The notes: generated by a model not told the origin, from the sequence alone. 64,000 nucleotides of DNA from Vicinamibacteria bacterium (GCA_963422395.1 OY729431.1:2272001-2336000); one strand, 5' to 3'; counted from the stretch's first letter, positions 19,885-30,128 are shown. Made by a program: numbers and translations.

Positions 19885-20015
19885 TCGGCTACCTGCTGCT
19901 GATGAATCCGCTTGCAACGGCGGAGGCGGACGTTGACGCAGCTTAGCAAGTGTGTCCTCTTTCCCGTCATGATGCAAATTCCGGTGGTGCCGATCCTGAG
20001 GAACCCGGAGCGGGC

Positions 20016-21344
20016 TCAGCCGAGCGAACGGGCGGTGAGATCGAGCACCCTTTCCACTTCGGCAGCGGTGAGTGACAGCGCCGGGCGATAGCGCACGGTG
20101 CGGGGGCCGCAGCCGAGGATCAGCAGGCCGTTCTCCCAGGCGCGTTCGAGAAAACCGTCGCGCGCCGCGGTGTCCGGGAGGTCGAAGGCGCAGAGGAGGC
20201 CCCGGCCGCGAGCCGCGGCGATCTCCCAGCGGTCAGAAGCGGCGAGCTGGCGCAGCCCGGCGAGCAGTTCAGCGCCGCGCCGGGCGGCGTTCTCCACCAG
20301 GCTCTCCTCCTCCATGATTTCGAGGTAGCGATCGAAGCGAACCATGTCCACCAGGTTGCCGCCGAAGGTGGAATTGATGCGGGAAGAGAGGCGAAAGACA
20401 TTGTCTTCGACCTCGTCCAGGCGGCGGCTGGCGAGGATGCCGCAGACCTGGGCCTTCTTGCCGAACACCAGCACATCGGGGGGGACGCCGAAGTGTTCGA
20501 AGCACCACATCCGGCCGGTCGCCCCCACTCCGGTTTGCACCTCGTCGAAAATGAGCAGGAATTCGCGCTCGTCGGCGAGGCGGCGCAGCGCCTCGAAGAA
20601 CTCGCGCCGGAAGTGGAAGTCTCCGCCCTCCCCCTGGATCGGCTCGACGATCAGGCCGGCGATGTCGTCCGGGTGGGCGTCGAGAGCGGCTTCGATGGCG
20701 GTGAGGGCGCGGGCTTCAGCGGCCTCGGTTTCCGGGAGGCGTTCCGCTTCCGGGTGGCGGACGAACGGGTTTTCGATCCGGGGCCAATCGAACTTCGGAA
20801 AGAAGGCCACCTTCATCGGCTCGGTGTTCGTGATCGAAAGCGCGTAGCCGGTCCGTCCGTGGAAGGCGTTCTCGAAGTGGAGGATGCGGCTGCCCCGCAC
20901 CCCCCGGCCCGCCGCCAGGTTCCGGCGCACCTTCCAGTCGAAAGCGGTCTTGAGCGCGTTCTCGACGGCCACCGAGCCGCCCGCGACGAAGAAGGCGTGG
21001 GGCAGCTCCTCCGGGATGCCGAGGCGGGAGAAGGTGTCGAGGAAGCGAGCCATCTCGACGGTGTAGAAGTCGGAATTCGAGGGATTGTGGACCGCCGCCC
21101 GCGAAAGCCGGCGGCGGAACTCCGGATCGGAAAGTCCGGGATGGTTGTGCCCGATCGGATTCGCAGCGAAATAGGAGAAGCAGTCGAGGAACTCCCGGCC
21201 AGTGCGGGCGCAGCGCAGGAAGGCACCGTGACTCCCGTCCAGATCGAGGACGAGGTCCAACCCGTCGGTGATCAGGTGGCGCCGCAGCCGGTCGTGGACT
21301 TCTGCAGGCGACGGGCCGCGGCGGGCCGGAGCCGAAACGGGCAC
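20016..21344 (-). CDS. lat: L-lysine 6-transaminase (class III PLP aminotransferase)
   Basis: Motifs NPSNSDFY, VENALKTAFDWK, FDWPRI, EPIQGEGGD, DEVQTG, FGKKAQVCG and RINSTFGGNLVDMVR. Confidence 0.92.
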   Translation of the reverse strand: MPVSAPARRGPSPAEVHDRLRRHLITDGLDLVLDLDGSHGAFLRCARTGREFLDCFSYFAANPIGHNHPGLSDPEFRRRLSRAAVHNPSNSDFYTVEMARFLDTFSRLGIPEELPHAFFVAGGSVAVENALKTAFDWKVRRNLAAGRGVRGSRILHFENAFHGRTGYALSITNTEPMKVAFFPKFDWPRIENPFVRHPEAERLPETEAAEARALTAIEAALDAHPDDIAGLIVEPIQGEGGDFHFRREFFEALRRLADEREFLLIFDEVQTGVGATGRMWCFEHFGVPPDVLVFGKKAQVCGILASRRLDEVEDNVFRLSSRINSTFGGNLVDMVRFDRYLEIMEEESLVENAARRGAELLAGLRQLAASDRWEIAAARGRGLLCAFDLPDTAARDGFLERAWENGLLILGCGPRTVRYRPALSLTAAEVERVLDLTARSLG

Positions 21345-21428
21345 CGGCTGAGGGTAGCAGCCCGCAGCCGCAGAGATGCGGTCGGCCTCGAATCACGGCC
21401 CGTCCGGGCTCTCGATAGACTCTGGAAG

Positions 21429-22370
21429 GTGGCGGAGTTCGGCCGAGGGCGGCTCGGGTCGGCGATCGCCCTCGTTGCGGCAGTCGGGCTGCCAGGCGCT
21501 GCCGGTTCCGAACTCGCCGCCGATTCCGGGCTCGCCGCCGAGGTGCGGATCTTCGAGGTTCGCCGACTCAGCTCGGATTTCTCTCCGATCGAGGGGCTTT
21601 CTTTCCGGCTCGCAAGCGACGGTGCCCGGGTTCGGACCTCCGATTGGCTCGCCACCCTGGCGCGGCGCATCCCCGATGCCTACTTCGCCCAGCTGCTCAC
21701 TCTCGGACCGATGCGGGAGCGTTCCGAGACGATCCGGCGCCGGAACCGAAGGGCGGTGCGCCTTCGGCTTTCGCCCCTCGGAACGGAAGACCCCGGAACA
21801 GGAGCTGGCCACCGCCGGTTCTCCGTGGAGCTGGCCCTGCTGCGCGGCACCGCGACGGTCCACACGATACGCCGCGAGGGTGCTGTCGAGGCGGGGACCA
21901 CCCTGGTGATGAGCGGACGCGACTTCGAGATCCCGCTGAGCGACTACCTGTCGTGGTTCCGGGAACCGGGGGGCCTCGAAGCCAGAGGGCAGCTCTACGA
22001 AAGGCTGCGGGGCCACTCGATCTTCCTGGCGCTGGGAGTCAGCTTTCGCGCCGACGAAGATCGGGCCGAAACCGATCGGGCGGGCGCTGCTCCGAGGCAC
22101 CCGATCCGGCTCCGCGCCCCCGCCGACCCGCACCTGCTGGACCTGGACAACGCGCTGGTAGGAAGGGCGAAGGGGACGGTGCGGCTGCGCCTGCGGCTCG
22201 ACGGCGAGGGCGCGCCGGAGCACACCGAAGTGCTGGAAACCACCCTTCCCGAAGTGACCCCCAGGGTGCTCGGGATCGTGTCCGGCTGGCGGTTTCCCCA
22301 GGCCGCCGGGCGAGAGGGGCGCCTGCGGCTGACGGTGGCCAGCCGCGGATCGCCCGACCGCGGCCGCTAA
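21429..22370 (+). CDS. Hypothetical exported protein with C-terminal TonB_C-like domain
   Basis: Hydrophobic N-terminus after GTG 21429. C-terminal G.V.L...LD..G....V.......A..WRF pattern. Start uncertain. Confidence 0.55.
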   Translation: MAEFGRGRLGSAIALVAAVGLPGAAGSELAADSGLAAEVRIFEVRRLSSDFSPIEGLSFRLASDGARVRTSDWLATLARRIPDAYFAQLLTLGPMRERSETIRRRNRRAVRLRLSPLGTEDPGTGAGHRRFSVELALLRGTATVHTIRREGAVEAGTTLVMSGRDFEIPLSDYLSWFREPGGLEARGQLYERLRGHSIFLALGVSFRADEDRAETDRAGAAPRHPIRLRAPADPHLLDLDNALVGRAKGTVRLRLRLDGEGAPEHTEVLETTLPEVTPRVLGIVSGWRFPQAAGREGRLRLTVASRGSPDRGR

Positions 22371-22440
22371 AGTTGCCGCAAACTGGCACTATCTGATACA
22401 TAACAGCGGGAAGCACTCTGTTCCCCAAGGAGAATCGAAG

Positions 22441-24108
22441 ATGACGATCCGACTTCGCTGTATGCGGGCTGCGCTGGGCGCGGCCTTCCTCGCTCTCGCA
22501 GCCTCCCCCGCCCTGCCGCAGTCCGGCGGACTCGGCACGATCTCTTTTCCGAACTCGGGAAAGGAGGCCGCCCAGCAGGATTTCCTCGACGGCGTGCGGC
22601 TGCTCCACAGTTTCGAATGGGAGGACGCCGCGGAAGCGTTCCAGCGCGCCCAGACCGCCGACCCCGATTTCGCGCTCGCCTACTGGGGCGAGGCGCTCAG
22701 CCACACCGGCGGCCATCACCATCCGCCCGGACAGGACATGTCGAAGGCGCGGGCCGCACTGTTGAAGCTCGGCAAGACGCGCGCCGAGCGGGTGGCCAAG
22801 GCCCCGACCGACCGCGAAAAGCAGTATCTCGAGTCGGTCCACATCCTCTACGGCCCCGGCGATCTCCAAGAGCGCTGCGACGAGTACGAGCAGGCGCTCG
22901 CCGAGCTCAGCGCCGCCTATCCCGACGACCTCGAGGCGGCGGCTTTCCACTCCCTCGCGCTGATGCGGACGCGGGTCCGCGGCGAGGCCAGCCGGCGGGT
23001 GGACATGCGCGCCGGCGCCATCGCGCAGGCGGTGTTCCGGGCCAATCCGGACCACCCGGGCGCGGCGCACTATGTGATCCACGCCTACGACGATCCGGTG
23101 CATGCCCCGGTGGCCCTCTACGCCGCCCGGAAGTACGCGGATATCGCACCGGCCGCGGTGCACGCGCTCCACATGCCGTCGCACATCTTCGTCCAGCACG
23201 GGATGTGGGATCAGGTGCGCAGCCTCAACGCCCGGTCGTACCAGGCATCGATCGACCGGGCGGAGCGCAAGGGGCTGTCCCCGATGCGCTACTCGTACCA
23301 CGCGCTCTACTGGCTGCTCTACGCCTACCTCGAGGAGGGCCGCTACGAAGAAGGACAGAAGGTCCTCGACGACCTGCACACGATCACCCAACGCGACGAA
23401 GCGACCGCGGCCGTCAAGGAGACCTGGTTGCGCATGGACGCGTTGAACACCGTGGAGACCCGGCGCTGGAAGCCGGAGCCGGTGGCCGAGCTGGTGGCGC
23501 AGATCGAGAGCGACGAGCCCGAAGTCGGCCACCGCACCGCCGGCGCCGTGCTCTACGCGCGGGGCGCGAGCGCCGCCGAGACCGGAGATACCGAGACCGC
23601 GCGGGAGGCGCACGAAGGCCTGGGGAAGATCCACGAGATGCTCGCCGGCTCCGAGAATCCGCGCGGCGCGGAACAGGCCCTGGTGATGGCGCACGAGATG
23701 GCCGGGCTGATCGCGAAGGCCGAAGGCGACTCCGCCGGCGCGGTCGCCGCCTTCCGCAAGGCGGTGCAGGTCGCCGAAGCGATGGAGCCGCCCTCCGGCC
23801 CGCCCGGAGAATCTCCGATCGACTCCCCGATCCAACCGGCGCATGAGCTGCTCGGGGAAATGCTGCTCGCTACCGGGGAGGCCGAAGAGGCGATCGAAGT
23901 CTTCGAGGCTTCGCTGGAACGGACCGCCAAGCGGCCGCGCTCACTCCATGGGGCGGCGCGCGCCGCGGCTGCGGTCGGAGACGACGAAGCCGCCCGACGG
24001 TTCTACGAAGAGCTGCTGGCCACCCCGGAGCGCGGGCCGGACCTGCCGGGGCTGGCCGGGGCTCTCGATCAGACCGGAGCTGATGAAGGGGCGCCGGGGG
24101 GTTCCTGA
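22441..24108 (+). CDS. Secreted TPR-like protein with conserved His motifs
   Basis: AAGGAG RBS and signal peptide. Motifs F..G..LLHSF, HPGAAHYVIHAYD and HALHMPSHIF. Confidence 0.85.
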   Translation: MTIRLRCMRAALGAAFLALAASPALPQSGGLGTISFPNSGKEAAQQDFLDGVRLLHSFEWEDAAEAFQRAQTADPDFALAYWGEALSHTGGHHHPPGQDMSKARAALLKLGKTRAERVAKAPTDREKQYLESVHILYGPGDLQERCDEYEQALAELSAAYPDDLEAAAFHSLALMRTRVRGEASRRVDMRAGAIAQAVFRANPDHPGAAHYVIHAYDDPVHAPVALYAARKYADIAPAAVHALHMPSHIFVQHGMWDQVRSLNARSYQASIDRAERKGLSPMRYSYHALYWLLYAYLEEGRYEEGQKVLDDLHTITQRDEATAAVKETWLRMDALNTVETRRWKPEPVAELVAQIESDEPEVGHRTAGAVLYARGASAAETGDTETAREAHEGLGKIHEMLAGSENPRGAEQALVMAHEMAGLIAKAEGDSAGAVAAFRKAVQVAEAMEPPSGPPGESPIDSPIQPAHELLGEMLLATGEAEEAIEVFEASLERTAKRPRSLHGAARAAAAVGDDEAARRFYEELLATPERGPDLPGLAGALDQTGADEGAPGGS

Positions 24109-24130
24109 CGCGGATGCCTGACGGAGCCCC

Positions 24131-24823
24131 TCACTCGTCCCCGCCGAGCAATCCCGAACGAAGCAGGTAGTAGACCAGGGTCAGCACGCCGGTGAGAGCG
24201 GCGGCCACATAGGTCATCGCTGCCGCGGTCAGCACCTTCGAGACGCCGCGGCGCTCTTCCGGCGCGATGATCCCGGTCTCCCAGACGAGTTCCCGCGCCC
24301 TCCGCGATGCGTTCAATTCCACCGGCAGGGTCACTATCTGAAAGAGAACCACCAGCGAGAAGAGCACGATGCCGAGCTGGACGAGCCCGAAGGCGCCCAG
24401 CAGGAAACCGGCGAGCAGGACGATCCAGGAAGCGCTCGAGGCGAACGCCGCCGGACGGGCGAGCGCCTGGCGGAACAGGAGCGGTCGATAGCCGGCGTGG
24501 TGCTGCATCGCGTGACCCACCTCGTGGGCCGCGACCGCAATCGCGCCCACCGTCCGGCCCTCGTACACCTCGGGGGACAGCCGGAGCGCCCGAACCGCCG
24601 GGTCGTAGTGATCGGAGAGCGAGCCGGGGTGCTCCTCCACCGGAATGCGGATCCCCTGCCGCTGCAGCAGGAGCTGGGCGGTCTCGCGGCCGCTCCGTCC
24701 GCTGGCCGCGGGCATCTTGTGGTAGCGGGCGAAGGTGGACTTGACCTTGAAGGTCGCCCACAGAGTGAGTGCGAGTCCGGGGGCCAGGATGATGAAGTAG
24801 AGAGGATCGAAGAAAGCGAACAT
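24131..24823 (-). CDS. Neutral zinc metallopeptidase (YugP / Zn_peptidase_2 family)
   Basis: Motifs LSDHYDP, AAHEVGHAMQ, TLPVELNASRRA and AAAMTYVAA. Confidence 0.93.
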   Translation of the reverse strand: MFAFFDPLYFIILAPGLALTLWATFKVKSTFARYHKMPAASGRSGRETAQLLLQRQGIRIPVEEHPGSLSDHYDPAVRALRLSPEVYEGRTVGAIAVAAHEVGHAMQHHAGYRPLLFRQALARPAAFASSASWIVLLAGFLLGAFGLVQLGIVLFSLVVLFQIVTLPVELNASRRARELVWETGIIAPEERRGVSKVLTAAAMTYVAAALTGVLTLVYYLLRSGLLGGDE

Positions 24824-24885
24824 GATGATGGGAGCGGGCTAGCAAACAGCGGGCCAGGCGGGGACGGGGCCCCGGGAATGAGAGA

Positions 24886-26199
24886 ATGGAGAGAATGGTT
24901 CCGATGGATATATCACGAAGCGACGGCGAAGAATTCCCTTCCTCCGGGGAGGGCGGAGAAACACCGTTCGCCATCGATGCCCGCCGCCTCCGTGACTCGC
25001 TCGTCCGGCTCTCCGGCTTCGGTGCCCATCCTGAAGGGGGGTCGCAGCGGATCGCTTTTTCCGAGGAGGAGCGGGCTGCGCGCACCTGGCTCGCGGAGGA
25101 GATGCGGAACGCGGGGCTCACCGTCCGCACCGACCCGGCCGGAAACCTCTTCGGACGGCGGGAGGGCCGCGAACCACTCCCCGCGATCCTGCTCGGGTCG
25201 CACCTCGACACCGTGCCGCGCGGCGGCCACTACGACGGGACCCTCGGGGTGCTCGGCGCCCTCGAAGTACTGCGCTCGCTTTCCGAGCAGCGGCTCGCGA
25301 CCCGGCATCCTTTGGAGATGGTCGCCTGGTGCGACGAGGAAGGCGCGCATTTCGGAAACGGTCTCTTCGGGAGCCGCGCCGCGACCGAGGGCGTTCCGCC
25401 CGCCGAGCTGGACCGGGTGGGGGAGGACGGGCTCAGCCTGCACGAATGGCTCGAGCGCTATGGGCTCGATCCCGGAGCGCTTTCACGCACGGTGCTCGAC
25501 CCGAGGCGCGTGCACGCACTCTTCGAACTCCATGTGGAGCAGGGGGGAAAACTGCACCGCGAGAGGTGCCGGATCGGCATCGTGAGCGGCATCGTGGGCA
25601 TCCACCGTTTCGAGGCGCGGATCGAAGGGTTCCAGAACCACGCGGGGACCACCCCGATGGCAGAGCGGCGCGACGCCATGCTGACAGCCGCCCGGCTCAT
25701 CGTGGCCGTCCACGAGGAGATCCGGGCGCGCCCGGGAGAACAGGTAGGGAATGTCGGACAGCTCAGCGTCTCGCCCGACGCAGCGAATGTAGTCCCTGGA
25801 GCGGTGCAGTTTCCAGTGGAACTACGGGACCTCGACGACCGGGTGGTGGACGGGATCCTCGAGCGGATCAGCGGGCGGAGCGCCCGGCTCAGCGAAGAAA
25901 CCGGATGCGCGATCCGGATCGAGCGAACCCTCCGCGAGCGGCCGGCCTCCATGGATCCCGCACTCCGCGAACTCCTCCTCGGACTCGCGCGCGAAGCCGG
26001 CCACGAACCGCTGACGCTGCCGAGCCGCGCCGGCCACGACGCCCAAAACACTGCCCGCCACGGGATTCCCACCGCGATGATCTTCGTGCCCAGCCGGGAC
26101 GGAATCAGCCATGCCCCGGAGGAGTGGACCTCCTGGGAGGACTGTGCCCGCGGCGTGGACCTGCTGCGGCGGGGGGTGCTCGCGGTGGATCGGGCCTGA
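24886..26199 (+). CDS. M20 family Zn amidohydrolase (N-carbamoyl-L-amino acid/allantoate amidohydrolase type)
   Basis: Motifs GSHLDTV..GG.YDG.LG, DEEG, ELHVEQG, NHAGTTPM, AGHDA and GISH.P.E. Exact start uncertain. Confidence 0.93.
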   Translation: MERMVPMDISRSDGEEFPSSGEGGETPFAIDARRLRDSLVRLSGFGAHPEGGSQRIAFSEEERAARTWLAEEMRNAGLTVRTDPAGNLFGRREGREPLPAILLGSHLDTVPRGGHYDGTLGVLGALEVLRSLSEQRLATRHPLEMVAWCDEEGAHFGNGLFGSRAATEGVPPAELDRVGEDGLSLHEWLERYGLDPGALSRTVLDPRRVHALFELHVEQGGKLHRERCRIGIVSGIVGIHRFEARIEGFQNHAGTTPMAERRDAMLTAARLIVAVHEEIRARPGEQVGNVGQLSVSPDAANVVPGAVQFPVELRDLDDRVVDGILERISGRSARLSEETGCAIRIERTLRERPASMDPALRELLLGLAREAGHEPLTLPSRAGHDAQNTARHGIPTAMIFVPSRDGISHAPEEWTSWEDCARGVDLLRRGVLAVDRA

Positions 26200-26244
26200 C
26201 GGAACCGCCTGATACAGAACCGCCTGACGAGAACCGCCTGACGA
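26194..26244. repeat. Short imperfect tandem repeat (~14 bp x ~3.6, core GAACCGCCTGA)
   Basis: gcctgacggaacc / gcctgatacagaacc / gcctgacgagaacc / gcctgacga, lying between convergent genes. Confidence 0.7.
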
Positions 26245-26253
26245 GGGCCGAAG

Positions 26254-27243
26254 TCAGCGCGGCGGGCCGGCGGCAGCGCGGAAGCGACGGACGAGCTCCG
26301 GGTCCACTCCCTCCGCCCGTTCCCAGAGAAGGGCGGCACGCTCCCGGAGCCCGGCGGTTTCGGGACGGGTGATCCGCACTCCGGCAGCGGCCAGGCGCCC
26401 GGCTGCTTCGGCTTCCTGCCGGCGGTACTCGGCGCGCTCGAAGGCGATCGCCGCCGCCGCGGCCTCGAGCACCGCGCGGCGTTCCGGCTCGGCGAGCGAG
26501 GCGAAGAAAGATTCGTTCATGACGAAGGGAGCCACCAGGTGCATCCAGCCGATCTCGGCCCAGTAGGGCGCCACTTCGTGGAACCGGCGATGGAAGTAGT
26601 TGGCGGCCGCCGCTTCGGCGCCGTCTATGACCCCCTGTTCGAGCGCCGAATACAGCTCGCCGTAGGCCATCGGCAGCGGATTCGCCCCGAAGGCGCGGAA
26701 GGCGGCCAGATGGAGGGGGTTCTCCATGGTGCGGATTTTGAGGCCTTCGAGATCGGCTCCGCTCCCGACGGGGGCGTTCCGGGTCATCACATGCCGCAGG
26801 CCGATGTCGAAAAAGCCGAGAAGGCGCATTCCCCGCTGGAGAAGCGGCGGGCCGAGAGCCTCCAGAGCGGCCCCATCGAGCACCCGGTAGAGATGGGCGC
26901 GGTCCTCGAACAGGAATGGCAGGTCGAGGACCAGCAGCTCGGGGACGAAAGTGGCGAGCGGGGCGTTCGCCGGACAGGCGGCGTGCACCGCTCCGAGGAC
27001 GACGAGTTCGATCACCTCGCGCTCGTCTCCGAGGGCGCTCGCGGGGAAAACCTCGACCACCACCCGCCCCTCGGTGCGGGATTCCACCTCCTTCGCGAAG
27101 ATCTCGAGAGCGAGAGCCTGGGGTTCCGAGGCTTGCGCCGAGGCGCTGGCGCGGATGCGGACCGGGGTCTCGCCGGCGCCGGGCGCGCAGGCGGCCGCAG
27201 AGACGAGGCCCAGCAAGAGCACGGCGGAGGATCGGCGATTCAC
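26254..27243 (-). CDS. dctP: TRAP transporter substrate-binding protein
   Basis: GTG start overlapping the dctM stop, lipobox SAAAC. Motifs DLPFLF, DLEGLKIR, GANP.PM.YGELYSALEQGVIDGAE. Confidence 0.92.
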   Translation of the reverse strand: MNRRSSAVLLLGLVSAAACAPGAGETPVRIRASASAQASEPQALALEIFAKEVESRTEGRVVVEVFPASALGDEREVIELVVLGAVHAACPANAPLATFVPELLVLDLPFLFEDRAHLYRVLDGAALEALGPPLLQRGMRLLGFFDIGLRHVMTRNAPVGSGADLEGLKIRTMENPLHLAAFRAFGANPLPMAYGELYSALEQGVIDGAEAAAANYFHRRFHEVAPYWAEIGWMHLVAPFVMNESFFASLAEPERRAVLEAAAAAIAFERAEYRRQEAEAAGRLAAAGVRITRPETAGLRERAALLWERAEGVDPELVRRFRAAAGPPR

Positions 27244-28517
27244 GACAGGAGACCGAGAACCCGGGGGAGGGCGAGAACGGAATCGGGCCAGAGGGTGATG
27301 ACGAGCTGCGCGGCGAGCATGAGCAGCACCGGGCGAAGTGTCCAGGAAGCGACTTCGCGCACCTGCAGGCCCGAGAGCGAACAGGCGACGAAGAGGGTCG
27401 CACCGTACGGCGGGGTCACCATTCCGATCGACAGGTTCACCGACACCAGCACCCCGAAGTGCACCGGGTCCACCCCCAGCTGCAGCGCGAGAGGGAAGAG
27501 GACCGGAAGCGCGACGATGAGAGCCGAGATCGTCTCCATCATCATCCCGGCGACGATCAGGACCAGGTTGCACGCCAGCAGGAAGAGGAGCGGAGAAGCG
27601 GCCGCCCCGAGCACAGATCCGATGCTGGCCGCGACTTGTTCCACGGCGAGGATCCAGGCGAGGAGGTAGGCGGTGGTGGCGACGAACAGGATCACCCCGG
27701 ACCGGAGCGCCGACTCGGTGAGCGCCCGCCGCAGCCCGGAGGCGGAGAGACTTCCGCTGAGAAGCCCGGCGAGCACCACCCAGGCGACCGCGATGCCGGC
27801 GGCTTCGGTGGCGGTGAAGGCGCCGGAGAGGATCCCGCCGAGCACCACCACCGGCAGGAGGACTCCGGGCAGCGCCCCGAGCACGGCGCGGACGAGCGGG
27901 GGCGGGGAAGTCGAATCTTCCCCGGCCCGAGGGTTTCCGCCCGGAAAGCGCCTCGCGGCCCGGGTACCGCCGGCCAGGAGCACGGCGGCGAGCAGCAACC
28001 CCGGGCCCACCCCGCCGAGGAAGAGCGCGGCGATCGGGGCGCCGGTCAGATGCCCCACCACGATCATGACGATGCTCGGCGGGATCACCGGGCCGAGCGC
28101 GCCGCCGGCTGCCTGGAACGCCGCGGCGAAACCGGCGGGATAGCCGCGGCGGCGCATCGCCGGGATCATCACCGAGCCGACGGCGGCGGTCGAAGCGCTC
28201 GACGAGCCGGAGATCGCCGCGAAACACATCGAGGAGACCACCGAGACCGCCGGCAGGCCGGCGGGGACCCGGGAGACGAGCGCCAGAACGCTCCGCGCCA
28301 TCCCGGTCCCGTGCATCAGCTCCCCGGCGAGGATGAAGAGCGGCACCGCCAGCAGCACGAAGGAATCGAGAGCGGCGAAGGCCCGCTGCGGAACCACCTC
28401 GAGAGGGATGCCGCCGTCCGCGAGCAGCGCGGCGAGCCCGGAGATCCCGACCGCGAAGGCGACCGGAACCCCGAGCGCGAGCAGCGCGGCGGCAACCACC
28501 ACGAAAACGGCGGTCAC
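27240..28517 (-). CDS. dctM: TRAP transporter large permease
   Basis: Motifs LLAVPLFILAG, AISGSS.A, IPPSI, DPVHFG and TPPYG. GTG start overlaps the dctQ stop. Confidence 0.93.
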   Translation of the reverse strand: MTAVFVVVAAALLALGVPVAFAVGISGLAALLADGGIPLEVVPQRAFAALDSFVLLAVPLFILAGELMHGTGMARSVLALVSRVPAGLPAVSVVSSMCFAAISGSSSASTAAVGSVMIPAMRRRGYPAGFAAAFQAAGGALGPVIPPSIVMIVVGHLTGAPIAALFLGGVGPGLLLAAVLLAGGTRAARRFPGGNPRAGEDSTSPPPLVRAVLGALPGVLLPVVVLGGILSGAFTATEAAGIAVAWVVLAGLLSGSLSASGLRRALTESALRSGVILFVATTAYLLAWILAVEQVAASIGSVLGAAASPLLFLLACNLVLIVAGMMMETISALIVALPVLFPLALQLGVDPVHFGVLVSVNLSIGMVTPPYGATLFVACSLSGLQVREVASWTLRPVLLMLAAQLVITLWPDSVLALPRVLGLLS

Positions 28518-28975
28518 GGCGAATCTCCCGGGGCGCCGACGCGGCGGAAGCGGTCCGCCGCAACCAGCGCCAGCATCCCCCCGCCGACCGGGATGGCGAG
28601 ATAGGGCCATACCATCGAGATCCCGAGCGCCGGCGTAGTCTGGAGGGCGGCGATGCGCAACAGCGACCCCCCCAGGATCGCCAGCGCGAGCGAAAAGGCG
28701 CCGACCAGTACCAGCACCAGACGTGCGAGCGCCGCCCGGCGCGGGGGAGCCAGCCGCGGAGACAGGTAGTCCATCGCCAGGTGCATCCCGCGGTCGAGGC
28801 CGAGCGGCGCCGCCAGCGAGATCGACCAGACCTGCAGATAGCGGGCGAGCTCTTCGGTCCAGCTCGGCGGACTGCCGGCGAGATAGCGCGCGAAGACCTG
28901 ATAGCACACCAGCAGCGCGATCCCCGCGAGGCAGGCGGCAGCCGCGGCTGCGCACGCCCCGACGAGGCGCTTCAA
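28514..28975 (-). CDS. dctQ: TRAP transporter small permease
   Basis: Motifs QVFARY, WTEELARY, H..MD and YLAIP, with 4 TM segments. Confidence 0.9.
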   Translation of the reverse strand: MKRLVGACAAAAAACLAGIALLVCYQVFARYLAGSPPSWTEELARYLQVWSISLAAPLGLDRGMHLAMDYLSPRLAPPRRAALARLVLVLVGAFSLALAILGGSLLRIAALQTTPALGISMVWPYLAIPVGGGMLALVAADRFRRVGAPGDSP

Positions 28976-29018
28976 CGCAGAACCCGCCGGGCTCGCCGGA
29001 CGCTCCGGAGCTGGAGGT

Positions 29019-30128
29019 TCAGGCGGGACTCCCCAGGAAGACCTCGCGGCCGAGCCGCGCCGAGCTCCGGATCGCCTGGACCACCCGGAGGGAACGGAGC
29101 GCCTCCTCGCCGGTCAGCACCGGATCGCGTCCTTCGCGCACCGCGTCCGCCATGTCCTGGAGCTGGAAGCGATGCCGGGTCTGCGGATAGGCCCAAGGGT
29201 CGTCGGTATCGAGCCACTCGCTGCTCTCGGGAAGATCCTTCTTCGAACCGGGCGGCCCGGGCACTCCATCCACCTCCCAGACCAGGAACTGATCGTACTG
29301 GGCGTTCGCGACCACGGTTCCCCGCTCGCCGTGGATCTCGAGGCGCGAACGAAGCGCCGGACGGACGGCGGTGGTGCTCTCCACGACCCCCATCGCCCCG
29401 TTCTCGAAACGGAGCAGCGCCGCGGCGGCGTCCTCCACCTCGATGGCGTGCCGCCTGGTGGCGGTTCGCCCGAAGACCGAGGCGACGGGGCCGACGAGAT
29501 GCTGCAGCAGATCGATGATGTGGATGGATTGGGTCATCAGACAACCGCCGCCTTCGAGTGCCTCGGTCCCGCGCCAGGCGGCTCGCGCGTAGTAGGACGG
29601 TGGGCGGCTCGACTTGTCGATGGCATCGGCCAGCCAGATCTCCCCGAGGCCGCCGCTGCGAAGCAGTTCGCCGAGCATTCGCGCGACGCGGCCGAAGCGC
29701 ATCTGAAAGATCACCCCGAGGCGCACTCCGCGCTCACGGCACTCGCGGACCATGCGCTCGCCCGCTTCCACGGTCGCCTCGATCGGCTTTTCGACGAGGG
29801 CGTGCTTGCCGGCGCGGGCGGCTGCCAGAGTCATCTCGGCATGGAGGCCGGTGGGAGAGAGCACGCAGACCACCTCCACCGCCGGATCGGCGATCAGCTG
29901 CCGGTAGTCGGTGTACCAGCGCGGACTTTCGTGCTCCTCGGCGAAGGCGCGCGCCCGCCCAGCGTTCCGCGAACAGACGGCGGCGAGGAAGGCGCCCTCG
30001 ACGAATCGCAGTTCGCCGGCGCTGAAACCGCCGGCCATCCCGGTCCCGACGAGCCCGAAGCCGATGGGTTTCCCGGTCCGGCGGCGCTGGGCTTCGTCAG
30101 CCGCGCGCGGGGCGGGGCGGATCGTCAC
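29019..30128 (-). CDS. Gfo/Idh/MocA family NAD(P)-dependent oxidoreductase
   Basis: Motifs GLVGTG, AGKHALVEKP, GGG.L....IH.ID and VED. Confidence 0.93.
   Translation of the reverse strand: MTIRPAPRAADEAQRRRTGKPIGFGLVGTGMAGGFSAGELRFVEGAFLAAVCSRNAGRARAFAEEHESPRWYTDYRQLIADPAVEVVCVLSPTGLHAEMTLAAARAGKHALVEKPIEATVEAGERMVRECRERGVRLGVIFQMRFGRVARMLGELLRSGGLGEIWLADAIDKSSRPPSYYARAAWRGTEALEGGGCLMTQSIHIIDLLQHLVGPVASVFGRTATRRHAIEVEDAAAALLRFENGAMGVVESTTAVRPALRSRLEIHGERGTVVANAQYDQFLVWEVDGVPGPPGSKKDLPESSEWLDTDDPWAYPQTRHRFQLQDMADAVREGRDPVLTGEEALRSLRVVQAIRSSARLGREVFLGSPA

Noticed and set aside
22384-22400. Sigma54 promoter (CTGGCAC) upstream of the TPR-like gene
   Set aside because: The -24 element matches, but the -12 position reads TA rather than GC.
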